DNA of 64,000 bases. Source: an uncultured bacterium (GTDB taxonomy: Bacteria > Babelota > Babeliae > Babelales > Babelaceae). Position 1 is the stretch's first letter; the number at the start of each line of letters is the position of its first letter. Both the position numbers and the translations under genes were made by a program. The notes under the pieces were generated by a model. It searched no databases. It saw only the letters and a program-made list of their open reading frames with translations, and had not been told where the DNA came from. The DNA lies in contig OY970169.1 of assembly GCA_963706585.1 (NCBI GenBank), positions 503,086 through 567,085 of the forward strand, written 5' to 3'. Below, in pieces: positions 28,810-39,329 of this stretch.

Positions 28810-29103
28810 CGTTATGGTTAACTTTATCTCTATATTATTATAGCATAGGCAGCAATTAAAAGTAAGAGCTCAAGGTATATAGTAGCTTAAGAACTACATT
28901 CACTTTTTTATGGTAAAAAATATATTCACCTCCAGAATGAGCAGCTTTCCTTCTATTTGGGTTAATGTCCTCGGTTGAGATTCTCGGCGATTACCAAAGT
29001 GACTGTTACTCTAAATTTTTCTTGACAAAAATTTTATTTGATACAATATATACATATACTATATAATTATTTTCTAATATTACTTTAATTTGAGGATGAG
29101 ACG

Positions 29104-30072
29104 ATGAAAAAGAACTTAATGCTCGCCATATTGCTTCTATCGGGTTCTTTGCCAATTTTGTGCATGGATGCCCCTGATCGAATGGAGACTTGGGATGGAA
29201 TGGATATCGATGAAACCAGCTTAACCACCTGGCAAGCAGCTTTATCGAGCTTGCCTGAAGAACTTAAGCTTTATATCTTGTCATTTATAGCAAATGCTGA
29301 CAGCTTAGAGGCCGTATTTGCTGAATTAAAAAAGCTATCGCAGATAAATAGAGAATTTCACCGATTGGTTCATGATACAACATTCACTAGAGAAGTATTC
29401 TGGCACTTTATTTATGCTCATGAAAAACAAATAAGCCCTGACTTTTTTAAAATTATTGTGGGCTTAAAAGAACGATTGGCCACCAAGCAGGAAAATGCCT
29501 CACATGTGAGATATAAAGATGTGATGGGGCGGTTTCAGCATGAATTGTACAGCGCAATAGTTAAAGGGGATTATCGGACGGTTGTTAAATTAGTTGATGC
29601 ATGTATTAACGTTGAACTGCGTCAGAATCTCTTTAGAGCGATAATTCAGGGGGATTTAAATGCAGTTAAAGGCTATGTAGAAGATGGCGTTAATGTCAAT
29701 GCAAGGGTTGCTTCTCGAGATCTTCCTGCTGTACATGAGTTTTTAGTTGTAAAAAATAACCTCCTTAACGGGATTATTCAGTATACCCCATTGATGTTAG
29801 CTGTTGAAAGAGGGGATGTTAAACTGGTTGAGTTTCTTCTTGATCATGGCGTTAAAGTTGATGCAAAATGGGGAAGTTATACAGCTTTAACAATGGCGGA
29901 TAAGATCATGGGAGATATACGACGGAAAGAAGTGGGGTTATTGTTTACCTATCCCTCTACTTGGAGAAAGCTGAATACTTATGAAGAAATTATGAAGCTT
30001 TTACTTAGCAAAGGCGCTAGTGTTGAGCGCTTGCATAAAATGCAATTGAAGAGAATCAAAATCTGGGGATAG
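29104..30072 (+). CDS. Secreted F-box-like protein, paralog A
   Basis: Signal peptide MKKNLMLAILLLSGSLPILCMDAP, LPEELKLYILSFIANADSLEAV...LSQINREF, and ANK-like repeats. Confidence 0.7.
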   Translation: MKKNLMLAILLLSGSLPILCMDAPDRMETWDGMDIDETSLTTWQAALSSLPEELKLYILSFIANADSLEAVFAELKKLSQINREFHRLVHDTTFTREVFWHFIYAHEKQISPDFFKIIVGLKERLATKQENASHVRYKDVMGRFQHELYSAIVKGDYRTVVKLVDACINVELRQNLFRAIIQGDLNAVKGYVEDGVNVNARVASRDLPAVHEFLVVKNNLLNGIIQYTPLMLAVERGDVKLVEFLLDHGVKVDAKWGSYTALTMADKIMGDIRRKEVGLLFTYPSTWRKLNTYEEIMKLLLSKGASVERLHKMQLKRIKIWG

Positions 30073-30189
30073 TAATCTTTAAGTACAGTTGCTTACGCTC
30101 GTTAAAAGTTTTCTTGATAAAATTTTATTTAATATAAAATAAAAAATATAATTATTTAATAATATTATTTCAATTTAAGGAGTAAAAAG

Positions 30190-31062
30190 ATGAAAAAGAA
30201 TTTAATGCTTGTATTACTACTTCTATCGGGTTCATTGCCAATTTTGTGCATGGACGCACCCCAGGCAATGAAAGTAGATGAGTCAAGCTCAATGCAAGAG
30301 CAATCAGGGTTATCGGCCTTGCCTGCGGAACTTAAGCTTCATATCTTGTCATTTATAGCAGGTGCTGACAGCTTAACCAGACTGTTAAATAACTTAGCTA
30401 TACTATCTCTCGTTAATAGCGAGTTTAATCAGCTTGCTCATGATGAGCTGTTCAGAAGGCAGGTTATAAAGATCTATCTTAATTCTCGAGGCGAGAAGCA
30501 ACTCAGGCAAGACTTTTTTAAAGCAGCAATAGCTGGAAACTTGAGAGAAATTAAAGCTTTGGTTGAAGCCGGTATTAATATTAATATGCAAACAACTGAA
30601 GAGGATTTTTTAACGCCTGAGTTTTCATTTATTTTAGAATCCTCGTCCTCACCTAAAGAAATTGCAAAGCTTGCTCAGGAAGAGTTATATCATCGACTTA
30701 CTCATAGGGCCCTCGGCTACACAGCGCTTTGCTTGGCGGCCGAGAAAGGCAATAAAGAAATAGTTGCATTTTTGCTTGATAATGGAGCTGATCATGCACT
30801 CAGGACGCGAATCCCTTCAAGTGATGCTTATACTTTGGCTTGCTATAGACGCTCACATGTAGAAGAGTTCGAGGTGGGGTTCTTTTTTACCTGGGAATCG
30901 ACTAAGCAAAAAATAAGCGATTATAAAGAAATAGAAAAGCTGTTGGAACAGAAAGCCGTTGAAAGTGCTCTGTTAGAGGCAAGGGAAGCGGAAGAGCGTT
31001 TTAAACTTCAAGGCGCCAAAATGATGAATTTACTAAGACAGATGTACAGCACTAGAACATGA
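30190..31062 (+). CDS. Secreted F-box-like protein, paralog B
   Basis: Near-identical signal peptide and F-box-like motif to 29104-30072. The AT-rich 5' region is duplicated and the C-terminal half has diverged. Confidence 0.7.
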   Translation: MKKNLMLVLLLLSGSLPILCMDAPQAMKVDESSSMQEQSGLSALPAELKLHILSFIAGADSLTRLLNNLAILSLVNSEFNQLAHDELFRRQVIKIYLNSRGEKQLRQDFFKAAIAGNLREIKALVEAGININMQTTEEDFLTPEFSFILESSSSPKEIAKLAQEELYHRLTHRALGYTALCLAAEKGNKEIVAFLLDNGADHALRTRIPSSDAYTLACYRRSHVEEFEVGFFFTWESTKQKISDYKEIEKLLEQKAVESALLEAREAEERFKLQGAKMMNLLRQMYSTRT

Positions 31063-31303
31063 AATTATTCAAAGAACTCAGTCGAAGGGTTCAAGCATAT
31101 AAGCAGAAGCTAAGATCGTTGATTGGTCATGTTAATTAACTCAATCATTTGTTAATGTTATTTGCTTATTGTGTATAAGGTCAATTTTTAAAAAGCAAAG
31201 AGGTGAACAGGTTTAAAGAATGTTTTGGTTTTGAAAAATTAAATTTTTGCTATACTAACAATAAATATAGTTTTAATAACTTTTCAATGGTAGGAGTCAC
31301 TCC

Positions 31304-32698
31304 ATGGAACATTCTCTAGTAAGCTCTGGTATGCTCTCTTTTCTGGTCACAGCAGCAATAACTCTAGGCATTACAGCAATTTTTACTTTTATTTTTAAAG
31401 CATTATACAAGCGGTGCCCATCAAATAAGATATTAGCCGTTTACGGAAAAACAAGAGGAAACAGTTTTGTTAAATGTTATCATGGTGGCGGCAAGCTTAT
31501 CTGGCCATTGATTCAAGATTATGCGTTTATTGACCTTACACCTCGTACTATTCATATACCACTCAAAAGTGCTCTTTCTTTACAGAATATCCGGATTAAC
31601 GTTCCAAGTACATTTACCATTGCAGTAGATGTATCAGAAGATTCTATGAATAATGCTGCTATACGGTTGTTGGGGCTATCAGCCCAAGATATCGAGCTTA
31701 TGGCTGTTGAAATTATTACTGGACAGTTGCGCTTAACCGTAGCTTCACTTACCATTGAGCAGATTAACCAGGATAGAGAAAAATTTTTAGAAGCAATAAG
31801 GGCGCATATTGACCCTGAGCTTAAAAAAATAGGACTTTGCTTAATTAACGTTAATATTACTGATATTACCGATGAATCGCATTACATCGAAAGCATTGGT
31901 AAAAAAGCGGCCTCATTAGCAATAAATCAGGCTAAAATCGATGTTGCTGAAGCTGAAAAGCGCGGTGACATAGGTAAAGCTGAAGCTGAGAAAGAGCAAC
32001 GTATTTCAGTCTCAACGTTCAACACTCAAGCTGTCGAAGGCGAAAACAAGGCCTTGGCAGATATGGCTTATTACAATGCTAGTCTTGCAGAAAAAAGTGC
32101 TGAAGCACAAATGCGTGGTAAAGTTGCTGAACAAAATTCCTACGCACAGATTCAACACGCAAAAGCCTTAGCTGAAACGAAGCGTCTGGAAGCGGAAATA
32201 ATTATACCTAAAGAAATTGAAAAGAAAAAAATTACCATCGATGCTCAAGCATTAGCTGAGAAAATGAAGCAAGAAGCATTGGGTGAAGCTGAAGCAATAC
32301 TTACCATTAAGAAAGCAGAAGCTGAGGGTATTGCCCAAGTATTAACCGCAAAAGCCCTTGGCTACACTCGTTTAATTGAAGCTTGTGGCAACGATGCACA
32401 AGCAGCTGCTAATATGCTCATGATTGAAAAGCTAGAGCAAATAGCGTCCCTTCAAGCAGAAGCTATTAAAAATATCAAGATTGATAAAATTACTGTTTGG
32501 GATAGTGGCTCTGGCGAAAAAGGCAGCTCAACAGCAAGCTTTGTAAGTAGCATGATTAAGTCATTGCCGGCTTTGCATGAAGTTGCGGCTATGGCCGGCA
32601 TTAATTTGCCCGATTACTTAGGCCAGATTAAACCCGCGACTAAAGACCCAAAGCCAGAACCAAAAATCACCGAAAAAAGCAAAGAAATTGCTCTATGA
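31304..32698 (+). CDS. Flotillin-like SPFH/band-7 domain protein
   Basis: N-terminal TM, an SPFH core, then a long Ala/Glu/Lys-rich coiled coil (AEAEKRGDIGKAEAEKEQR...). Confidence 0.7.
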   Translation: MEHSLVSSGMLSFLVTAAITLGITAIFTFIFKALYKRCPSNKILAVYGKTRGNSFVKCYHGGGKLIWPLIQDYAFIDLTPRTIHIPLKSALSLQNIRINVPSTFTIAVDVSEDSMNNAAIRLLGLSAQDIELMAVEIITGQLRLTVASLTIEQINQDREKFLEAIRAHIDPELKKIGLCLINVNITDITDESHYIESIGKKAASLAINQAKIDVAEAEKRGDIGKAEAEKEQRISVSTFNTQAVEGENKALADMAYYNASLAEKSAEAQMRGKVAEQNSYAQIQHAKALAETKRLEAEIIIPKEIEKKKITIDAQALAEKMKQEALGEAEAILTIKKAEAEGIAQVLTAKALGYTRLIEACGNDAQAAANMLMIEKLEQIASLQAEAIKNIKIDKITVWDSGSGEKGSSTASFVSSMIKSLPALHEVAAMAGINLPDYLGQIKPATKDPKPEPKITEKSKEIAL

Positions 32699-32719
32699 TC
32701 GTAGTTAGCATAAGTGCAA

Positions 32720-34108
32720 CTATTTTTTTAGTGCTACAACTTTAAGAGAACAATATTCTCGTAGGCCATGTTTGCCATGTTCTCGACCTAAACCTGAATT
32801 TTTGTATCCGCCAAAGAGATCTTGGGCAATGTTATAATTTGCGCCATTAACGCTAATATTGCCCGTTTGCAGTTTGCTACAAATACGTTTTGCAAGTTCT
32901 TTATCTTGGGTATACAAGTAGCCTCCTAAGCCATAAGTGGTATCATTGGCCAATTTAATTGCCTCATCTTCTGATTCAAAGGGAACAACAGGCAATACGG
33001 GGCCAAAAACTTCCTCTTTCCATACCCGCATGTCAAAGGTAATATTCGTAAGAATGGTTGGCTCATAATAAGCACCAGATAGCGCTGACGGCCTTCTTCC
33101 TCCTGCTACAACCTTTGCTCCTTTTTCTAATGCATCCTTGACCTGGGCTTCCAAAGAAATAAGTTGTCGTTGGGCAACTAAAGGACCGATGTCGGTGTTT
33201 GGGTCTTCAGGATTACCAATTTTTTTGCTTGCTATTAAGGTTTTCAGTTGGTTAATTACTTCGTCAATGATGCTGCGATGAACAATAAGCCGCTTGAGCC
33301 CATCACAAGTCTGCCCGCTATTAAAATAACGATTTTCATACAAGGACTGTACGGTTTTTGTTAAGTCCGCATCTTTAAAAACAATACCGGGAGCTGATCC
33401 GCCAAGCTCTAAAATAGCGGGGATAAAGTTTTTTGCTGCCACCTGGTATAAATGTTTTCCTACACCCGTGCTTCCGGTAAAACACATAAGATCAATGTGG
33501 CTATTCATCAGATATTCACCGACGCTTGCTCCATCGCCATAGACTTCGTTAAAAACTCCATGAGGAAGATCTACTGAAGCAATTATCTCTTCAAGCAGTT
33601 TGCCAGTAAGCGGGCATTCTTCTGAATGCTTAAAAACGACGGTATTTCCTACTACCAAGTTTTGCATAACTGCCCATATAAAATTGACAAAAGGATAATT
33701 CCAGGGCGTGCTGATCCCTGCTACCCCTTTTGGTTCGGAAAAAAGATAATTAATTTCATCATTATTTTCAAAAAGTACTTCAGGTCCAAGCCATTGTTCG
33801 GCGAAATCAAGATAGCCTCTCATATACCGTAATCCTGAACCTATATCGATTTCGCGCCCGACAGAAATAGGCATCCCCATCTCACGAGCAGCTAATAAAC
33901 CAATTTCATTTTTTCTTTTTTCAAATTCTTTATAGAGCTTTTCAAGTATGGTAATTCTTCCTTTCAAACCGAGCGATGACCACTCTGGTAATGCAGATCG
34001 AGCATTGGCAATTTTACTATCAATTTCAGCATGAGTTGAAGGTGCTATCCTGCCGACTTCTTCATAGTTTTTACCAGGGTTTAATGAGATTAGTTGTTGC
34101 GATTTCAT
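32720..34108 (-). CDS. NAD(P)-dependent aldehyde dehydrogenase
   Basis: ALDH motifs ELGGSAP (ELGGKSP-type) and FFNSGQTC, catalytic Cys in QTCDGLKRLIV. Confidence 0.75.
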   Translation of the reverse strand: MKSQQLISLNPGKNYEEVGRIAPSTHAEIDSKIANARSALPEWSSLGLKGRITILEKLYKEFEKRKNEIGLLAAREMGMPISVGREIDIGSGLRYMRGYLDFAEQWLGPEVLFENNDEINYLFSEPKGVAGISTPWNYPFVNFIWAVMQNLVVGNTVVFKHSEECPLTGKLLEEIIASVDLPHGVFNEVYGDGASVGEYLMNSHIDLMCFTGSTGVGKHLYQVAAKNFIPAILELGGSAPGIVFKDADLTKTVQSLYENRYFNSGQTCDGLKRLIVHRSIIDEVINQLKTLIASKKIGNPEDPNTDIGPLVAQRQLISLEAQVKDALEKGAKVVAGGRRPSALSGAYYEPTILTNITFDMRVWKEEVFGPVLPVVPFESEDEAIKLANDTTYGLGGYLYTQDKELAKRICSKLQTGNISVNGANYNIAQDLFGGYKNSGLGREHGKHGLREYCSLKVVALKK

Positions 34109-34287
34109 CGTAATTTTCCTTCAGGCACTACTCTTTTGGTGGATGTTGCAAAATTGTAGACTGCTCTTTTTACTTATGAGTCATGATAGAACTTTTGTAT
34201 CTGCTAAAGATCTTAGTCTCTTTGAAATGAAATTTTCAATGATTATGAAGTTGATTGTTGGATTTAGTGTTTTGGTACCAGCATTAA

Positions 34288-34638
34288 TTATCGAAAGTTA
34301 AGTAATATTTTGATCATATATTCTAATTTTTGTAAGGTTACTTCACTTACTTTTCCTATACAGCTGCTAGCAATGCGATCTGTAGATAATGAACGTAATT
34401 GTTCAGCCATTAAATACGAAGGAATAATAAGACCACCTTCAGGTGGCAGAACTGGTATATGCAAGCGGATATTTCTATTTTTTGAAGTAAAAGGAACAAC
34501 AATGATAACGCCAGCAAGTCCATCGTTAAACGAATTTGTTGATAGTACTAAACAAGGACGTACGTTAGCTTGCTCTCTGCCAGTGGTAGGATTAAGGTTG
34601 AAAACCCAAACTTCACCTCGACGTGGCTTTAAAAGCAT
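34288..34638 (-). CDS. Type II toxin, MazF/PemK family endoribonuclease
   Basis: RGEVWVFNLNPTTGREQANVRPCLVLS...IIVVPFTS is canonical PemK/MazF. Its start overlaps the stop of the upstream antitoxin gene. Confidence 0.75.
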   Translation of the reverse strand: MLLKPRRGEVWVFNLNPTTGREQANVRPCLVLSTNSFNDGLAGVIIVVPFTSKNRNIRLHIPVLPPEGGLIIPSYLMAEQLRSLSTDRIASSCIGKVSEVTLQKLEYMIKILLNFR

Positions 34639-34880
34639 TAAAAATCCTCAAGTTTATCGTTAATACTTTCCCATTCGGCTCGCTCTGCGAGTTCTTCTTT
34701 CCAAGCCTCAGGATTATTCCTTAATGCTTCATAGTCCTTGTTTACTTCAGCAAGAAAAAACTCACGAAAGAGCTTTTCAAGCGCCTGCTCAATGAGATCT
34801 TGCTTCGATGAACCGGTTGCTGTTTCTAGCTCATTGAGCTTCTCATAGTTATCGTGTGATATTCTAATTACTTTAGACAT
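34638..34880 (-). CDS. Cognate antitoxin, 80 aa
   Basis: Small acidic protein immediately upstream of and overlapping mazF. Degraded copies lie at 35250-35340 and 38990-39230. Confidence 0.6.
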   Translation of the reverse strand: MSKVIRISHDNYEKLNELETATGSSKQDLIEQALEKLFREFFLAEVNKDYEALRNNPEAWKEELAERAEWESINDKLEDF

Positions 34881-35029
34881 GGTATCTCCTTGTTAATTAT
34901 ACATAAGTAAGTATACACAAATATGTTACAATTTTGCAACTTATTTGTAACATATTGGGATTTTGGCTATTTATGACTATTTTTCAGTAAAAATTATTTA
35001 TGATAAGCTACACGATTCTCAGGAGAGTT

Positions 35030-35340
35030 CATTCTGAAGACTTAAGAAACCAAGGGAAAATCTCTCAAGTTATGAATAATGATTCCTAGACTGCTTGTGG
35101 TGAGTCCAGTCAAGCGGAGGTACAATCTTGAGCCTGTTGCAGGACCCATAACCTGTTTACGTATGTCCGCAATTGGGTGAAAGCTTTTAGCCGTAGGTGA
35201 TGAGCGGAAGTAAGTCAAGCTGCTAGGAATTAGATTGACCAGAGATTAATAATCATCAAGCTTGTCATTAACACTTTCCCACCTGAGCTCACTCTGACAA
35301 TTCTTGTTTCCTAGCTAAAGAAAAAACTCCAGCTTAGGCG
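35030..35340. repeat. Approximately 200-bp dispersed repeat plus a 3' remnant of the antitoxin gene
   Basis: 35198-35250 closely matches 38944-38995. 35255-35335 resembles 34645-34720 (the antitoxin C-terminus). 35038-35075 resembles 40262-40292. Confidence 0.55.
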
Positions 35341-35357
35341 GCTGGAGTTTGCCGTTT

Positions 35358-36101
35358 TTATTTGTTGGCTGCTTCATTAATTAAGCGACGTATTTCCATG
35401 GCATTTGGCCCACGAGCCCAGGCTTGAATAGTGCCACCTCGAGTATCTCCACCTGCGTCTAAAAGTTTTTTAACGATAGCTTGATCGCCTCTTTCTGCCG
35501 CCACAATCAGAGGAGTTATATTTTTACTTTTAGTTGCAGCGTTCACATCAGCACCATTTTTAAGAAGATAATCTATAATATCTGGATGACGTCCAAATAC
35601 GGCTAACATGAGAGGGGTTCTATTATCCTGGGTACCCTGATCGATCTTGGCCCCGTTTTCAACAAGAAGTTTTACGATTTCGTCATTCCCTGCTAAAGCT
35701 GCATTCGCCAGTGGCGTCACTTGATCAGTATCTCTTTCATTTGCTAATGAAGGCTTTAAGTTGATAAATGCTTTGATGGCTACATTGTTTCCTGTCTTGA
35801 TAGCAGTAAAAAACTCGTGTTTGGCATCTGGATGAGTTTTCTCATAAGCCATTATTATCGCTTTCTTTGTTAGAGGATCACTAATGATGGCACTGAAGGT
35901 TTTATCTGTTAATTGCAAATGAGCAAGTTGCTTAGCAACATCGCTTATGTTACTAGCTTGCGCAGCATATTCTACAATCATTGTTTTGAGTTCTGCTGGT
36001 AAGGCTGCCAAGGTTCCAGCTTCAATATCTGGATGCGGCTGCTCCATAGATTTGACAGCAAATGGCAGTGCTATGAACAAAAAAAGTGATAAATACTGCA
36101 T
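35358..36101 (-). CDS. Secreted F-box-like ankyrin-repeat protein
   Basis: Signal peptide MQYLSLFLFIALPFAVKS, LPAELKTMIVEYAA, and ANK repeats (TPLANAALAGNDEIVKLLVENGA; RTPLMLAVFGRHPDII; TPLIVAAERGDQAIVKKLL). Confidence 0.75.
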   Translation of the reverse strand: MQYLSLFLFIALPFAVKSMEQPHPDIEAGTLAALPAELKTMIVEYAAQASNISDVAKQLAHLQLTDKTFSAIISDPLTKKAIIMAYEKTHPDAKHEFFTAIKTGNNVAIKAFINLKPSLANERDTDQVTPLANAALAGNDEIVKLLVENGAKIDQGTQDNRTPLMLAVFGRHPDIIDYLLKNGADVNAATKSKNITPLIVAAERGDQAIVKKLLDAGGDTRGGTIQAWARGPNAMEIRRLINEAANK

Positions 36102-36179
36102 ATTTTCTCCTTTTCAAAAGACCTTTAATAAATTTAATTTCAATTATTAAATAATTTTACCAGATTAAACACATGCAAG

Positions 36180-36480
36180 TCAATGATTAAATGCTGAAGA
36201 ACTTGAGCATTCCTGAAGCTGGAACGTATTGGCTATAAACATTATGATTGGTCTTGGAGGCTTAGACCATGCTAGAGCTAATTCACTTAATTCTGCATGG
36301 CACAATCTTACTTTTAGAAGATTTGCCGATTATATGCAAACTGCTCAGTTTCAAAATGCTTTGGCTAAGCTTATAAAGCTAGCTCAAAGTAAACTATCTG
36401 AAGATGTAAGTCATGAACAATTGCAAAAGAACATAGGGATACTGTTTATAAGACGCCGCATTCTCCCAAGGTGCAAGTAG
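36180..36480 (+). pseudogene. Truncated DUF488-family gene copy
   Basis: About 80% nucleotide identity to 39513-39720, the central part of the DUF488 gene at 39330-39926. It lacks the N- and C-terminal parts. Confidence 0.6.
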
Positions 36481-36790
36481 TACTTTTATTCAAGATGAAA
36501 CGCAATTGGATTATTCAGAACATCGAGCTTTAGAGGGGGTTGGCCCTATCGGTAATCATGTGGGACGAGGTATTATGGTACACAGTACATTAGCTGTTGC
36601 TTATAATAACCTTGAACCGCTAATATTGGGCTTCGCGAATCAACGTGCATGGATTAGATAAAATATTTCATTCTACCAGCTAGTTTGAAATAGAGTGAGA
36701 ATACGGTAAAATAAAGCAGTATTGTTTATGTTGAAAAAATTGAGAAAAAAATAGTCCAACCAAAAAGGTGCACTATTAATAAGGATATTT

Positions 36791-38545
36791 ATGCATGTAA
36801 AGATGGTTGCAGCCTTAATAATTGCTATGTATCTAGGAAAATTATTGCCTATGGAATTGCCAGATACAATTACCGTGGTGAGCAGGGATGCACAAGAGTT
36901 CGTAATTAATAAAGATATTTTTTCGCTTTCTAACACGTTTCTGTTCCTGCTGGCTGGTGGTGCCCAAGAAACACTTTTCCATTTTCGTGAATTTAATTCG
37001 GATGAATTTGAGGAAGTGTTAGAATTAATGGCTACGATTGCTCATCTTCGGCAAAATGGTTCTAAGCGTTATGTTAAATTTCAAAAGGCAAAAGAAAAAC
37101 TTTGGTTTTTGTCAACAAAATCGCTTGAAGAACTTGGCGGATTAATGGTGATTGCTAATTTCCTGGATATCGATTCGCTGCAGCAGCTTATAGCTTACTT
37201 CATTGCCTGGCAATTAGATCCAAGGCTCGGTGCAAAAGATATCAATGATGTTTTTGAAAAATTAAACATTTCCGAAAGTGAAAATCCTAAAAAATATATT
37301 ACAAAAGAACTCGAGTTAAAACAGGTTAGTAAAAATCCCTTCCAAAAATCTGATAGATTATTATGCTGTAATCACGCATCGAGTACTAAAAGACAAGAAA
37401 TTAGAGCAACCATACTTGGTGAAGGTGATTTTTCATGGCGCAAGTTGCCCGTGGAAGCGCAACTGCAAATGCTAGAAACGTATCTACTGTCTCAAACTAA
37501 CCCAACGATGGCTGCCAAGGAGCTTTTAGAGCGTATCAGAACTGTAACTTTTACCGATTTACCAATTGAAGTTAAAGAGCAAATATTTCTTTATTTAATA
37601 AAGCGTGATGAAACTATATTTCAGCAATTTAAGCAACTTATTCTTTTAAGTCAAATCAACCGCCAAACTTGCACGTTACTTCACACACATTGCCAGGCGC
37701 TTAAACTAGATATTCCTCAACAAGTAGTTAAATCGAACAACCTGCAAGCTGAGATAACATTTTTAGAGCTGTTCAACTCGCCTTACATAAATATCGATGA
37801 AGTAAAAGCTTTCGTAACATCGGGAATCGATATTAACAAAAAAACTACTTTTGGTTATACAGCTTTGATGCTAGCATCTAGGTGGGACTATAACATTTTT
37901 AAAGAAATAGTAAAGCTTCTTCTTGCCAACGGTGCTGATGTTAATGCGCTAAGCAATGATGGTTATACAGCTTTGATGCTAGCATCTCGAGAGGGTCGCA
38001 CTGAGATAGTGAAGCTACTTTTGGATAAGGGCGCTGAGGTTGATGCTAAAGATGGCCTAACAGCTTTGATGCTAGCATCTCAATCGGGTCGTACTGAGAT
38101 AGTGAAGCTACTTTTGGATAAGGGTGCCAAGGTTAATGTTAATGCTAAAGATGGCCTAACAGTTTTGATGCATGCATCTCAATCGAGTCATACTGAGATA
38201 GTAAGGCTACTCTTGGATAAGGATGCTGAGGTTAATGCTAGAGATACTAGGGAGCAAACTGCTTTGATGCATGCATCAAACTATGGGCACCTAGAGATAG
38301 TAAAGCTTCTTCTTGCCAGCAGTGCTGATGTTAATGCTCGAAGAGATGATGGTTATACAGCTTTGATGCTAGCATCTCAAGAAGGTCGCACTGAGATAGT
38401 GAAGCTACTTTTGGATAGGGGTGCTAAGGTTAATGCTAAAGATATTTTTGGGCAAACTGCTTTGTCTTTGACATATAATAGCCAAGGCCGGGAAGAGATT
38501 ATAGCGTTGCTCCTTGATAGTGGTGCTACACTTCGTTCTGGATAA
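36791..38545 (+). CDS. Large ankyrin-repeat protein (at least 9 ANK) with an internal F-box-like motif, 584 aa
   Basis: Near-identical ANK units (GYTALMLASREGRTEIVKLLLDKGAEVDAKD) are tandemly repeated. LPIEVKEQIFLYL is the F-box-like motif. N-terminal hydrophobic segment. Confidence 0.8.
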   Translation: MHVKMVAALIIAMYLGKLLPMELPDTITVVSRDAQEFVINKDIFSLSNTFLFLLAGGAQETLFHFREFNSDEFEEVLELMATIAHLRQNGSKRYVKFQKAKEKLWFLSTKSLEELGGLMVIANFLDIDSLQQLIAYFIAWQLDPRLGAKDINDVFEKLNISESENPKKYITKELELKQVSKNPFQKSDRLLCCNHASSTKRQEIRATILGEGDFSWRKLPVEAQLQMLETYLLSQTNPTMAAKELLERIRTVTFTDLPIEVKEQIFLYLIKRDETIFQQFKQLILLSQINRQTCTLLHTHCQALKLDIPQQVVKSNNLQAEITFLELFNSPYINIDEVKAFVTSGIDINKKTTFGYTALMLASRWDYNIFKEIVKLLLANGADVNALSNDGYTALMLASREGRTEIVKLLLDKGAEVDAKDGLTALMLASQSGRTEIVKLLLDKGAKVNVNAKDGLTVLMHASQSSHTEIVRLLLDKDAEVNARDTREQTALMHASNYGHLEIVKLLLASSADVNARRDDGYTALMLASQEGRTEIVKLLLDRGAKVNAKDIFGQTALSLTYNSQGREEIIALLLDSGATLRSG

Positions 38546-38939
38546 GGGGTGCTGATGTTAGGGTGATAAGCAATGATGGCGATACAGCATTGATAATTGC
38601 TTCTCTGAAAGGCACAAAGAGGTAGAAAAGCTACTTGATAAATATGGATACTATTAACGAGAAACTGGTTGTGCAATAGAAAAGCGTCAGCTCAAGTCAA
38701 CACATGCACTATTAGCATTATTGGGTATTTTAGGCATTATTGCTACTAAGCTTCTTGAAATAAAATTTCTTGCTCGCGAATATTCAAATGGCTTAGCGAA
38801 AAATCATATTCCATCAATCCTATTAAAAATTATTGCTTCTCGCTTTGAATTATCTCAAGAACACATAACTCTTAGCCAATTCTGGCATAGGGTTGCAGGA
38901 TTGGCAGGCTTTAATGACGGTGATCCCGGCTGGCAAACA

Positions 38940-39235
38940 TTAAGGGATGAGCGGAAGCAAGTTAAGCTACCGGGAATTAGATTGGTGAGATTAATAATCA
39001 TCAAGCTTATCATTAATACTTTCCCACCGAGCTCGCTCTGCCAATTCTTGTTTCCAAGCCTGCGAATTATTACGTAATGCTTTATAATCACGATTCACGA
39101 AATAGATTTTCAAATGCTTGATCAATAAGAACTTGCTTTGATAAACCAGTAGCAGTTTGTAACTCATTCAGCTTATGATAGAATATGATTGGATACTCTA
39201 ATTACTTTATACATAGTGTCTCCTTATTAATTAAT
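38940..39235 (-). pseudogene. Degraded copy of the antitoxin gene plus flanking repeat
   Basis: Collinear similarity to 34638-34930 (the antitoxin CDS and its promoter region), interrupted by stops. Confidence 0.5.
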
Positions 39236-39329
39236 AATAAGTATACACCAAAATTTTATGATTTAAGAGGACTGCATATTGCCTTTAAAGCTTTTGCTTA
39301 ATTAGGCTTATGGGCATAGAAAGAGACTC

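Noticed and set aside
34900-35340. Possible structured ncRNA in the 440-bp intergenic region (GC-richer segment gtggtgagtccagtcaagcggagg...)
   Set aside because: The best explanation is a degenerate dispersed repeat plus an antitoxin-gene remnant, with partial copies at 38940 and 40140. I could identify no convincing conserved RNA fold by eye.
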